Of a DNA stretch of 64,000 nt, positions 36,172 to 49,000 are shown piece by piece. Both the position numbers and the translations under genes were made by a program. The number at the start of each line of letters is the position of its first letter. The stretch's first letter is position 1. The notes under the pieces are model-generated. The model did no database searches, was not told the DNA's origin, and worked only from the letters and a program-made list of their open reading frames with translations. Source of the stretch: Mustelus asterias (Eukaryota); NCBI RefSeq assembly GCF_964213995.1, contig NC_135803.1, positions 3,906,001-3,970,000 of the forward strand, given 5' to 3'.

Positions 36172-39100
36172 CTGTGGAAGAATTGGGTAAAGTCAGCATG
36201 AATTGCCGAATTAAATATTGTGCGAGGTCATTCTGATATGCCAGTCGCTTTAGCCCAGTTGGCTAAACGGCGTGTTCGTGATGTAGAGGGAGGTCAACAG
36301 CACGCGTTTACATCCCCCTACAGTCTGAGATTAGTCTCTTTAACGTTGCACCTCGCCTGTGGTATACTGAACCTCAGGTTATTTCACCGACATTTGCATT
36401 ATGAGTCGGTACTGGATGTTCATTCTTCTTCTTTAAGATGTTAATGCTGTTTACCTGTTTGGTTGCTAATCTCTCCGTCAGAACATGGCAAACAATCAAA
36501 GCAACAGATTGGTTGCCCTTTCCGAGTGCCCTTTCTTGTACCCACAGGACAAATGCCACTGCAGACTGATATTGGTACCTGTGGAGATAAAAATAATCCA
36601 CTCTGAAACACAGTCTGGGTTTAGAACTTTATCTTAATATGGATGCATTCATTTTGCAAGGTACCTCGTTTGCCTTGGTTATACAACTTTTATAGCGCCT
36701 GAATCTTATCTGTTGGCTCGCATATCTGTGGAAAGGCTGAAGTTGGTGATAAAATTCGATCGGTTTTGGGATGTCATTTTGACTAATGAATATAATTAAT
36801 TTCATAAATTGTATATTCAATGTATTCAATAATTTTTAGACTTCATCAGTATATTTCCTCTTGTTCAATTCAGGACTAATACATTTATTTCCCAGTTTAA
36901 TTCGGTTTTTGCAACGCACAATTTAGAATTTGGAAAAATAAAAAACAAACTAATAAAACCGTAGACAAATGATAAAGATAAAGAAGCCGTTGGTATGGAG
37001 AAAGGTTGTGGAACAGACACTCTTTTACAAATCACCCAGATGTGAGATTTGTGAGGAGGAACTCCAATTATCCCTGATCACACCAGCAAGGCTCTGACGT
37101 AGGGTCATCTACACTCGAAACGTTGGCTCTATTCTCTCCCCACAGACGCTGTCAGACCTGCTGAGATTTTCCAGCATTTTGTGTTTTTGTTTCAGATTAA
37201 GGTAGTGATGCGCCTTGTTCAAAACCTGCCGTTGCAGTGCTCGGTAAATACTGTAGATAGCTGAACTTACAGGGTTTGTACTTGCCACGAATGAAGGAAT
37301 AATGTGAAATGTTCGAGCAAAGATAGGGGATGACTTGGAAGGGAGTTTGGCGATCATGGGCTTGTCATTATTGCCCCTCGATTGAATGTGGCTAGTTTTT
37401 CGAGATGCAGCGGGAGAAGATTTGGCGAGCTATTGTTTTGCATTCGATTGATGGTTCAGTTTCCACTGTGCGCTATGGGTAGAATAAGTGATTGTTTCGT
37501 CTAGTGGGTGAGATGCGTCAGAGACATGTACAGGGTGAAACTGAAAGTAAAATGTAATTGTGAAATTGTGTAGTTCTGCAGTCAGTAGAAAAATCCTTAC
37601 CCTGCTTTCGGATCCATGCCAAATGATTTTGCTTTCATTCAGGACGAATTCTTCGCCTTCAGGCAATGCGGCATCGTAATATCCAACTTTAACAAAATGC
37701 ACCGATCCATCTGCGCGCTGCTGCCAATTTATCAAGTCATAGGAAGCGATAGGATCTCCGTTCTTATCGAACCGTATTTCCTCGCCTAACTGGTTTGTGA
37801 AGCGGACCTCCCTCAGGTAGTGCAAGACCTTTAAACACAGAAAATCAATTCCATTCTGAAGAACAATAAATCATCCAATGGTCCCTAGCCTGTCTGATCA
37901 ATTATTGCAACACAAATAAAAAATTTGACATGGCTATGAGAAGGATATGTATCATGTTATTCTAACTTCCAAGGAACATTTTAAATAAATATGTTGTGAA
38001 GAAATAAAGGCTATATTTTGCCTCGCTTAGATGATCAGATCTTTCCTCACCTGCCAGGGGAGAATACGAGGTAGTTGGCCACACGTTTTGTTGAGAAATG
38101 GGCCTTTCCCATTTTCACAAGACTTTAAATTATGGAGAGCGTGAGCTATCGCATACACTGCTTTGTACACATTGTACGAAATTCGTAATTGTGACACATC
38201 GGTGTATGTATTTTCAATGGTCTCCAAGCTTTCTAAACCTGTACACGGTTTGTAAGGGGATGAGTTTTCTTCCAGACTCTGATTGGAAATTTTAATGCTG
38301 CATCCAAAAACAGCCCGCCAGAGATCTTCCACAAAGGGATTGTCTGCTGTTCTGGAAGGATGGAGTTTGACTAGAAACTCCTTCAATCCCGGAATTTCCG
38401 CTCTCCTGATTCCGAATCCGATTGTTCCTGAAAATATTTGCCGTGTTTCTTTTGTCCATAATCTGACGGATGTGATCCAGGCTTCACTTGCAATCAACTG
38501 AATGTCGGTTACGTTGTGCCGTCTGAGTTCTATTGCCAAAGATTTTGTATCGCGCTCAAGGGAGAATATTATGAGCACCTTAGCAGAAGACCTTTGAATA
38601 GTCTCTACAACCCGAAGCAGCTTAATTCTGGTGCTGTCTGGAGACATGAATTCAATAAAGGCGATACATGTTTCGAACTTGGAAACTTCTTCAATAAAGG
38701 ACATTGTCGCAAATCGGCCATATTCACTGTCTTCAGTTACAATCCCAACCCAAATCCATTTGAAGCGCTGCACCAGCCTCACTAACGCTTTGACTTGAAC
38801 GCCGTCACTGGGAATTGTCCTGAAGAAAGTTGGGAATTCGCGCTTGTCACTCAGACAGGTACAGGACGAAGAGTAGCTGACCTAGATGTTAACACACATT
38901 TTCAGTTATAACACAAAAACACATTTGTAATTCAATGGGTCGTGCGTCTAAACAAGGAAAAGTTCAAGCATTGTTCCGGGACCAGCAATTATTTCATTGA
39001 GTATAAAGTTCCAAAATTGTTTAGCAAGGGGAATTGAACCAGAGAACAGAACGTAAAAAAAACTCGATGATCATCAGAAAAATAGCAAAAACTTGGGACA

Positions 39101-41705
39101 ATATGCATGTGTCAGGTGCAATCCCGAACACTTCCGACTAAAAAAATATTACATGATCCACTGGCGTTAGTTTTACTCAGTGGCTCGGAGGGAATATCAC
39201 CCGGTCTGTTTCATTTGAAATCGATTGGGTTTTTTTCCGGATCGAATCAATGTCAGCCACCTGCCCGATAGAAATCAGATCAATTTGGCCGCTAAAGGGG
39301 CTACAAATCAAATCCCCTGCGTATGTTACTCTGATTGTGATTTAATTTATTCTGCCTTCACGAGATGTTATACAATTAGTGATTGTGTGGAATGAGATTT
39401 CGTGATAAAGAATACTTCCGGTAAAAATATGCCAGCACATGCTACCCGTATGTAATACAGAATAAATCAAACATGGCCACCCTAACACGAGCTCTCCAGT
39501 GCCTACAGTTGACCGTTGGGTGCACCTATTTATTTAAATACACACTTGTTCAGCACCCATGTGACATTCAGTAAACGTGCTTTAATCCATGAAGTTAATG
39601 AATGAATCTTACCAGGCCAATATCAAAGGGAGCCAACAAGCGTGACGCGGCAATGGACTGTGAAGAGGCCGCGTCTCCCACAATGATCGGCACTGACGGA
39701 AGTTCCGCGCACCTGTAGCTGGATTCAGACTCATCATCGTTCAGTAATTTGAGAGTTCCTTTCAGCGAGTTAGAATGTGTGTGACAGCTGTCAAAGATCT
39801 TGTAGCCCAATGTTACATGGGGAAGCAGTTCTGGATTCCTGTTTATTTCTTCTATTGCGAAGATCATCGTTTGCATCCAGCGCAGCTCTCTTTGCCGGAG
39901 TCTATTAAATAAACATCGACATTCTGAATGTGAAAGCACGTTAGATAGACATCGTGGATTTTTTTAAGGTCCGATGAAAGGTCATCGACCTGAAGCATCT
40001 AATCTGTTTTCGTCCCCACAGGTTCTATCTGGGCTGCTGAGCGTTTCCTGCATTTTATTGTAGATTTCCAATATCCGCAGTTCTTTGCTTTTGTATAATT
40101 TTACGACGGCCTTTTGCAAGCCAAAGATTGAGCAGTTTTATAAGACATTGCAACAAAAGTGAAAGCATTTGAGATAGCATTTTACTCTAAATGTATAGAT
40201 CCATTTACCAATTCTGTAAATTGGACTTGTTTACTGAACAAAACGTTTATAAAGTTAACTTATTAGTCACAAGTAAGGCTTGCATTAACAATGCAATGAG
40301 GTTACTGTGAAATTTTCCTAGTCACCACCGTCCGGCGCTTGTTCGGGTCAATGCACCTAACCAGAGAATATGCGAACTCCACACAGAATGCGACCCAAGG
40401 CTGGAATTGAACCTGGGTTGCTGTAGCTGTGGAGCAGCAGTCCTGACCACTGCGCTACCGTGCCGCCCTAACAAGTTGTATTGCCATGTTCTTTGTCTCT
40501 CTGTGGCAATGCAATTCATTCTCATAGAGTTTACAGAACAAGCGTGAAAAAGTACACTCCTGTTAGTTGTCTGCGTTCTCCAAATCCCTGTACCTGAATT
40601 CTAACGGGCTAGTTTGGCAATTTTTTCTTGGGCGGCCGCGTAAACCGGATGGAAGGGCCTCGCCACCAGTTCCCGGTTCTTGAAGTTACTGGATTGAATT
40701 TGGTCAGAGTACAAACAGGAAGCGAATTGGCTTATCTTCTGCTTGTCGCCAAATTGAAATTCGACCAAATCTCAGATAGGTTGTGATATCCTTATTGTGT
40801 TCTCCAAACTAGAGAGATCCCTGGATAGAACAAATCAACAGTGAAATAAATACGAAATTAGGACAAATGTAACCCCAGTGAGAAAATCTCGAGACAATTC
40901 GCTTTGTAAGTAAAAAGATCGAGAGACACGTGATCAGAAGTGTATAGAACGAATCGTGTTTAGCTTTCCGCGATTGAAAACAAAGCACAGAAAATGTTAG
41001 AAATATTCAACATCTCAGAACCAACTAGAACTCCTCCCCATCCAACCCCGCCACCCATCGCCCCCCCTTCCCTCCCCGCCCCTCACCCCCCGCCACCGAA
41101 GCGAATCATTTGGTCTTGACTCTCCATCATTATTCAGCAGCTAAACATCTGATGATCCTTGAACAATCTCTGATTTTATTTTTCCAATTGTAATGTAGAA
41201 TTTATAATCAATTACTAGTTTGCCTTTTAATTGCAGTCGTTAGAACTCTTGCCCTCTTGCCGTTTTGTTTCTACTGCCGAAGATCTGGCACAGAAACACA
41301 TCGGCTCGTCCTCCCGATTGTGTCCACAACGCCCACGTTTTTCGATACGCTATAGAACTATCGAAACTTAAATCTGTTGCCCATCCTGTTCTAAGAATTG
41401 GGTGCTATTTGACAAACGCAGCTTTGATCATATTTCGGGAAACATTGCTATTCAAACTGCGATTCTTCGAAGCAGATTGGTAAATTCACTTACAGAAAGC
41501 AGCGCATTGGCTTAGGTTTAGAGCGAAATGTGTGATCATCTGGTGCTGTACCGAAATGTATTGGAAATAAGCCACCCAATACAATATCTCCATTTTGAGA
41601 GACTCCGCGATTGAACCTTTCCCGCTGCTTGCATGGAGGTTGAATCGCCAAACCCTTCTTCACTGAGAGGAGAAGCAGAAGTCTCCAAATAGAAAGCGAT
41701 CGCAT
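35264..41705 (-). CDS. V2R/OlfC-family class C GPCR, gene C, complete six-exon gene (863 aa)
   Basis: Exons (minus) 41705-41494, 39901-39613, 38881-38051, 37828-37601, 36578-36455, 36171-35264; all GT-AG; total 2592 nt in frame. Start taken as [13 protein letters not shown]; an upstream in-frame ATG at 41756 is an alternative. Confidence 0.92.
36455..36578 (-). CDS. Gene C exon 5
   Basis: 124 bp; [32 protein letters not shown]. Confidence 0.92.
37090..37198 (+). mobile_element. Penelope pLTR-like short repeat with mutated hammerhead motif
   Basis: ctgacgta-gggtc-atcta-cactc-gaaa-cg-tt, then ctctccccacagacgctgtcagacctgctgagattttccagcatttt; same family as 9911/10255. Confidence 0.65.
37601..37828 (-). 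CDS. Gene C exon 4
   Basis: 228 bp; [10 protein letters not shown]...[17 protein letters not shown]...ESR|gtaagg. Confidence 0.92.
38051..38881 (-). CDS. Gene C exon 3
   Basis: 831 bp; [26 protein letters not shown]...PWQ|gtgagg. Confidence 0.92.
39613..39901 (-). CDS. Gene C exon 2
   Basis: 289 bp; [26 protein letters not shown]; CTG|gtaaga. Confidence 0.9.
41494..41705 (-). CDS. Gene C exon 1
   Basis: Signal peptide + [13 protein letters not shown]; CT|gtaagt. Confidence 0.88.
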
Positions 41706-42537
41706 TATCCAAATCAAACAGCAACGTCCTCGAGATCGCTGGAGAACATAATGCATACGTCTCCTGGAAATTAATTTATATACTCGGGAGTAGCCTTGCG
41801 CTGCAGAAGCGCCTCAGCATTGGCCAGATTGGAATAACCCAAAGGAGGTTCCGCCTCCTTGGTTAAGCGAGATAACGAGCAGCAAGATTATTGTCAAATG
41901 CTTGAGGCAATTTGTCCCTGACAGATGGAGTTTAATCTAATTATGTTTGATTGATATGAAGGTTGCTGGCCCGCAATTGTCCACAACTTATTGGAGTGAT
42001 TCGGTGTCCAGATCATTGATCCACAATAATTAATGATACAGTTAGGATAGCAACGTTTAAGAACACGTTTGGAAACATGTGCGAACTGCACTTGTTGCCA
42101 ATTTAAAAAGAAGCTTATTTTTAAAATCCATTTGATTATTTATTGAAGTCGACGCATATTTGTATGTTGTGGATCACATGGCATATCCAAGCAGATTTCG
42201 CTGGCTGAGCTTGTGTAGCACCTGGTATGGTTTAATAATTCCATTCCGCTGAAGCATCGGGAAATGATAAATATACTTTGCATTAGCAGTGAGAGATGTT
42301 ATCTACCCGTAGCTTAATGATATGCAGGCAATGAGGAAATGTCTGACTCCCACGCAAGCATGAAGGGCCAGGCACGCTGTTCAGGACTCACCGGAGCTCT
42401 TTCCAAACGACATGAGAGTGATAGTTCATTTCGGGAGCTCAGCCAGAGCCATGTCCATGGTAGCGGGTTATACGGGGGGTAGGAACACGGTTGGAGTTGA
42501 TGTAGTGAATGGGGCTTCGAAAGTTAGGGAAACAGGC

Positions 42538-43560
42538 ATAGAAACATAGAAACAATAGAAACAATAGGTGCAGGAATACGTCAGTCTGTCCTCCGCGCAT
42601 GCTCCACTATTCAATATGATTATGGCTGATCATCCAACTCAACAGCCTGATCCCGCTTTCCCCATATTCTCTGATCCCATTAGCGGCAAGAGGTATATCT
42701 AATCCTTCTTGAAAACAAGCAACGTATTATCGATGGTAGGGAATTTCACAGGCTTACTATTCTTAAGACATCTCTCCTTATGTCAGTCCTAAAAGGTTTA
42801 CCCTACATCCTCAAACTATGACCCATGGTTCTGGACACCTCCACCATCGGGAATATTCTTCCTGCATCTAACTTGTCTAGTCCTGACAGAATTCTATAGG
42901 TTTTTATGAGGTCCTCCTCATTCTTCTAATTTCCAGCGCATATAATTCTAATCGACGCAATCGCTCCTCATACGTCAGTCCCGCCAACCCAGGAATCAGT
43001 CTGCTAAAGCTTCTCTGCTCTCCCTCTATAGCAAGAACATCTCTCCTCATATAAGCAGACCAAAACTACACGTAGCATTCCAAGTGGGCCTCATCGAGGC
43101 CCTGTATAGCTGCATCAAGACATCCTTACTCCTGCACTCGAATCCTCTCGCTCTGAAGGCCAACATGCCATTTGCGTTCTTTACTCCCTGCTGTAGCTGC
43201 ATTCTTACCTTCATGATTGGTGTACAAGGACACCCAGGTCTCGATGATCATTCCCCCCTCTCAATTTATAGCCATTCAGATAGCAACCTGCCTTCCTGTT
43301 TTTGAGACCACAGTGGATAGCTTCACATTTATCCACATTGTACTGCATCTATCATGCATTTGCCCACTCACTCACCTTGTCCAAATCACACTGAAGGATC
43401 TCTGCATCCTCCATACAACTCACCCAACCACTCAGCTTTGTGTCATCTGCAAATTGGGTGATATTACATTTAGTTCCTTCATCCAAATGATTAAGATATA
43501 AAAATTGTGAATAGCAGGTGTTCCATCACTGATTACTGAGGAAACCCATTAGTCAGTTCC
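42538..43560 (-). mobile_element. CR1 3' fragment
   Basis: (ATAGAAAC)n tail on +; degenerate RT on the minus strand. Confidence 0.8.
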
Positions 43561-44070
43561 TGCCAGCTTACTTTGAGTAAGTGCCGCTTGATTGCATTGT
43601 GGAAAACGCTTTCCAACATTTTCCTGATGATATTCAGCAAACGGACGATGCGGTAATTGGCTCAATTGGATTCGCCCTATGTTTTGAGTTCAGGACATAC
43701 CTGGGCAATGTTCCATTTTGTCAGGTTTTAGTTGTATTGGGATATTTTGGCCTGGCGGTGCCTATATTCTGGAGTACAGGTCCTTAGTACTATTGTCAGA
43801 ATGTTGTCAGTGTCCATAGCCATTGAAGTATCCAATGTATTCAGCCGTTCCTTGATACAATGTGGATTTATTCGAATTGGATGAAGACTGTTATCTGTGA
43901 TGCTGCGCACCACAGGAGGAGGCCGAGGTGGATCATCCACGAGGTATTGTTGACAGTAAATGGCTGCACATTCTCTGACCCTGTATTTTGTACTGATGTG
44001 CTGTGATCCCCAATCATTGAGGATAGTGATATTTGTGGAGCATACTCCTCTTGTAATTGTTTTGCAATGT
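43560..44070 (-). mobile_element. Fragment of the second LINE family
   Basis: DDPPRPPP...LHPIRINP..IKERLNTLDTSMAM, homologous to 23252-23743. Confidence 0.7.
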
Positions 44071-45224
44071 GTGGGCGGCACCGTGGCACAGTGGTTAGCA
44101 CTGTTGCCTCACAGCGTTCGTGTTGCCTCACCCGGGTTCGATTCCCTGCTTGGGTCATCGCCTATGTGGAGTTTGCACGTTCTCCCCATGTCTGCGTGTG
44201 TTTCCTCCGGTTTCCTCCCACATTCTGAAAAACGTGCTGGTTAGGTGCATTGACCCAAACAGGCGCCGGAATGTGGTGACTAGGGGCATTTCACAGTAAC
44301 TTAATTGCAGTGTTAATGTAAGCCTTACCTGAGACTAATAAATTAAAACTTTTAGTTGTCCACCACCATTCCCGACTGGATCTCCAATTCTTCTTGATAT
44401 CAATATCGCCATTGCTTCTTTTATCAATTACCTTAAACCTATGTCCTCACACATCAACTTTTCCACGAATGGGAACAGTTTTCCACCTGTCTATTCTGCC
44501 CATATGCCTCTTGATCTTAAATAATTCTATCAAATCTCTCAACCGCCTCTTTTGGTCCCAAATTCTCCAATCTGTCTCGTCCTGGGGAACTCGCCTGTGA
44601 TTTTTCCCTGCACTGCCTTTGATGCGTTCACATTCTTTCTAAAGTGTGGCGCTGGACTTAATACTCTCGTTGAGGTCGATCTAGGTTTTTATACAAGTTC
44701 AATGCTACCTCCTTTATCTTTTACTCTGTGACCAGTCTAGCACGTTGGGATGATGCCTTTCCAGTGTTGTTGGAAATTAGAGAAATACCCGTGTCTACTT
44801 GCCATCTTTTGGACTTATATGAACGTGGTAATCTGAGTGACGTTACATGCTTCGTGAACCTTTTGACCTTCCTTAAGTTTTGCAGGTTGTCAAATGTGCC
44901 TTTTGAACTACAATAAAACCGTTTAACGCCTTCCAGGACGGTAGAAAACGAATGTACAATCTGCCAGAAGCAATTTAGTTCATTGACATAAAACCGTAAT
45001 ATACTTGGTTCCTGCTGTTCTTCTCTAATTGTCGGCCGACAAAAAAAAACAAATGGAAGCAGAGATTACAACGGAAAATTGATGAATGAAATTTTGAGCC
45101 GAGAAGTTGTAGATTGCAGAACGGAAATATGAAATGCTGTTTCTCAAGTTTTGCGCTGATCTTCAGCAGAACACTGTCGTAGGTCAAGGACAGAGACCAT
45201 CAGAGTGGGAGAAAACCTAAGAAC

Positions 45225-45765
45225 CTATTGCGTACAGTTCTGGTCACCCTATTATAGAAAGGATATTATTAAACTAGAAAGAGTGCAGAAAAGATTTACT
45301 AGGATGCGACCGGGACTTGATGGTTTGAGTTATAAGGAGAGGCTGGATAGACTGGGACTTTTTTCTCTGGAGCGTAGAAGGCTGAGGGGTGATCTTATAG
45401 AGGTCTACAAAATAATGAGAGGTACAGATCAGCTAGATAGTCAATATCTTTTCCCAAAGATAGGGGAGTCTAAAACTAGAGGGCATAGGTTTATGGTGAG
45501 AGGGGAGAGATACAAAAGTGTCCAGGGGGGTATTTTTTCACACGGAAGGAGGTGAGTATCTGGAACAAGCTGCCAGAAGTAGTAGTAGAGGTAGCTACAC
45601 TTTTGTCTTTTAAAAAGCATTTAGACAGTGACATGGGTAAGATGGGTATAGAGGAATATGGGCCAAATGCGGGTAAATGGGATTAGTTAGGGGTTTTAAA
45701 AAAGGGCAGCAGAGACAAGTTGGGCCGAAGGGCCTGTTTCCATGCTGTAAACCTCTATGAATCTA
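45225..45765 (+). mobile_element. CR1 3' fragment
   Basis: [26 protein letters not shown]. Confidence 0.85.
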
Positions 45766-46006
45766 ATTAAAATGACAAGCCCCAGAAAACTTTAAGTCTC
45801 GGTTGTGGACTGAATGAAGATTTTCTGCAAAGCGATTACGCAGCTGCATTAGATCTCCATATTGTTGCGGCTGGTGAGCAGCCAATGCAATATCATAAAT
45901 TGAAGGAAGTGCGGGAAGGGTGAAAATTAGAAAAAAATTCAATGACATTTTCAGGGGAGAGATTTCAGGGAGAGAGCAGGAAATAGCAAATATGAAGTCA
46001 TCAATG

Positions 46007-49000
46007 GAACTGCAGCTCGAGGATCTTCGTCTGGTTAGGGAAAATGAGGAGGTGATAGACAGGAGCTATCAGAAGGTGGTCACACCGGGGCCACGGGAGG
46101 CAGACAAGTGGGTAACGTCCAGGAAGGGGAAAGCTCGGGTGATAGAGAGCACCCCGGTGGATGTGCCCCTTCACAATAAGTACTCCTGTCTGAGTACGGC
46201 TGGGGAGAACAGCCCACCTGGGGGAAGCAGCATTGGCCGTGTCTCTGGAGCAGAGTCCGGGCCTGTAACTCAGAGGGCTAAGGAAAGGAGGAGGAAGACA
46301 GTATTAATCGGAGGCTCGACAGTAAGGGGGTCGGACAGGCGTTTTTGCAGAGGCAGATGGGAGTCTCGGATGGTGGTCTGCCTCCCTGGTGCCGGGATCC
46401 GGGATGTCTCTGATCGCAAGCCAGATATCCTGAGGTGGGAGGGAGAGGGGCCAGAGGTCGTGGTACATATTGGTACCGGTGACATAGGTAGGAAGACGGA
46501 AGGGGTCATGAAAAGAGACTATAGGGAGTTAGGTAGACAGTTGGGAAGGAGGAACGCACAGGTAGTGATCTCAAGATTGCTGCCCGTGCCACGGGAACGT
46601 GAGAGCAGGAATGGAGTGAGGTGGAGGATGAATGCGGGGCTGAGGGACTGGTGCAGGGGGCAGGGATTCAGGTTCCTGGATCATTGGGACCTCTTTAGGG
46701 GAAGGTGTGACGTGTACAAATAAGACAGGTGGCACTTGAATCCCAGGGGGACGAATATCCTGGCAGGAAAGTTGGCTAAGGCTACTGGGGAGACTTTAAA
46801 CTGGAAAGGTTGGGGGGAGGGAATCGTGATGAGGTGACTGAGAGCGAGGAGGTTAGCCTGCAAATAGAGAAGGATTGTTCACAGTGTAAGAGGGAGAATA
46901 GACGGTGATGGAGAAGGGGAGAGCTCAGACCAAAGGTTTGAGATGTGTCTATTTTAACGCCAGGAGTGTAGTGAATAAAGTGGATGAGCTTAGAGTGTGG
47001 ATCGATGCTTGGAAGTGTGATGTGGTGGCCATTACGGAGACTTGGGGACAGGGACAGGACTGGATACTTCAGGTGCCGGGTTTCAGATGTTTCAGAAAGG
47101 ACAGAGAGGGAGGCAAAAAGGGGGGGGGGGAGTGGCACTGCTGATCAGGGATAGTGTCACAGCTGTAGAGAAGGTGGATTGTCTACCGAGGGATTGTCTA
47201 CTGAGTCTCTGTGGGTGGAAGTTCGGAGCGGAAAGGGGTCGATAACTTTGCTGGGTGTTTTACAAAGAACAAAGAACAAAGAACAGTACAGCACAGGAAA
47301 CAGGCCCTTCGGCCCTCCAAGCCTGTGCCGCTCCTTGGTCCAACTAGACCAATCGTTTGTATCCCTCCATTCCCAGGCTGCTCATGTGACTATCCAGGTA
47401 AGTCTTAAACGATGTCAGCGTGCCTGCCTCCACCACCCTACTTGCCAGCGCATTCCAGGCCCCCACCACCCTCTGTGTAAAAAACGTCCTTCTGATATCT
47501 GAGTTATACTTCGCTCCTCTCACCTTGAACACGTGACCCCTCGTGATCGTCACCTCCGACCTGGGAAAAAGCTTCCCACTGTTCACCTTATCTATACCCT
47601 TCATAATCTTGTACACTTGTTTTACTACAGGCCGCCCAATAGTAACAGGGATGCTGAGGAGCAGATAGGGAAACAGATCCTGGAGAGATGTAGGAATAAC
47701 AGGGTTGTCATGATGGGATACTTTAATTTCCCAAACATCGATTGGAATATCCCTAGGGTAAGGGGTTTGGATGGGGAGGAGTTTGTTAGGTGTGTTCAGG
47801 AGGGTTTCCTGACACAGCATGTGGATAAGCCTACAAGAGGAGAGGCTGTACTCGATCTGGTACTGGCTAATGAGCCTGGACAGGTGTCGGATCTCTCAGT
47901 GGTGGAGCATCTTGGGGATAGTGATCATAACTCTATCTCCTTTACGCTAGCATTGGAAAGAGATGGGATCAGGCAAGCGAGGAAAGTGTTTATCTGGAGT
48001 AAGGGGAAATATGAAGCCATCAGGCAGCAGATTAGAGACGTAAATTGGAAGGAGGGATTCTCGAGGAAAAGTACTGAAGTAAGGTGGCAGATTTTCAAGG
48101 AATGTTTGTCTGGAGTTCTGCATGACATCATTCCGATGAGACAGGGAGGTGTTGGTAGGTTACGGGAACCGTGGTGCACGAAAGCTGCGCTGAACCTGGA
48201 GAGAAAGAAAAGGAAAGTGTACAAAAGGTTCAGAGAGCTAGGCAATGATAGGGATCTAGATAAGTATACGGCTTGTAGGAAGGGACTTAAGCAAGAAATT
48301 AGGAGAGCCAGAAGGGGTCACGAGAAGGCCTTGGCAGTTAAGATTAAGGAGAACCCTAAGGCGTTTTATAAGTATGTGAAGAGTAAAAGGATGAGATGTG
48401 AAGGAATACGACCTATAAAAGGTGAAGGTGAGAAAGTGTGTGCAGGACCGGAAGAAATAGCAGACGTGCTTAATGAATATTTTACCTCGGTATTCACGGT
48501 GGAAAAAGACCTGGTAGGTTGTACTACAGGATTGGGGCGGACTGAAAAGATTGAGTATGTGGACATTAAGAAAGAGGATGTGTTGGAAATTTTGAATAGT
48601 ATCAAGATAGATAAGTCGCCGGGACCGGATGGCTTGTACCCCAGGTTACTGTGGGAGGCGAGCGAAGAGATTGCAGAGCCTCTGGCGATGATCTTTGAGT
48701 CGTCGATGGAGACGGGAGAGGTTTCAGAGGATTGGAGGATTGCGGATTTAGTTCCTATATTCAAGAAAGGGAATAGGGATAGCACAGGAAATTACCGACC
48801 GGTGAGTCTAACCTCAGTGGTTGGTAAGTTGATGGAGAAGATCCTGAGGGACAGGATTTATGAACATTTAAAGAAGTTTAGTATGCTCAAACGTAGTCAG
48901 CACGGCTTTGTCAAAGGCAAATCGTGCCTTACGAGCCTGGTAGAGTTCTTTGAGAATGTGACTGAACACATTGACGAAGGAAAAGCAGTAGATGTGGTTT

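Noticed and set aside
45920-46723. 267-aa ORF as a domesticated esterase gene (a flank ATG is in frame with CR1 ORF1)
   Set aside because: It is a 5'-truncated CR1 ORF1 with GDS changed to GGS and a stop before the catalytic D-x-x-H; no evidence of selection.
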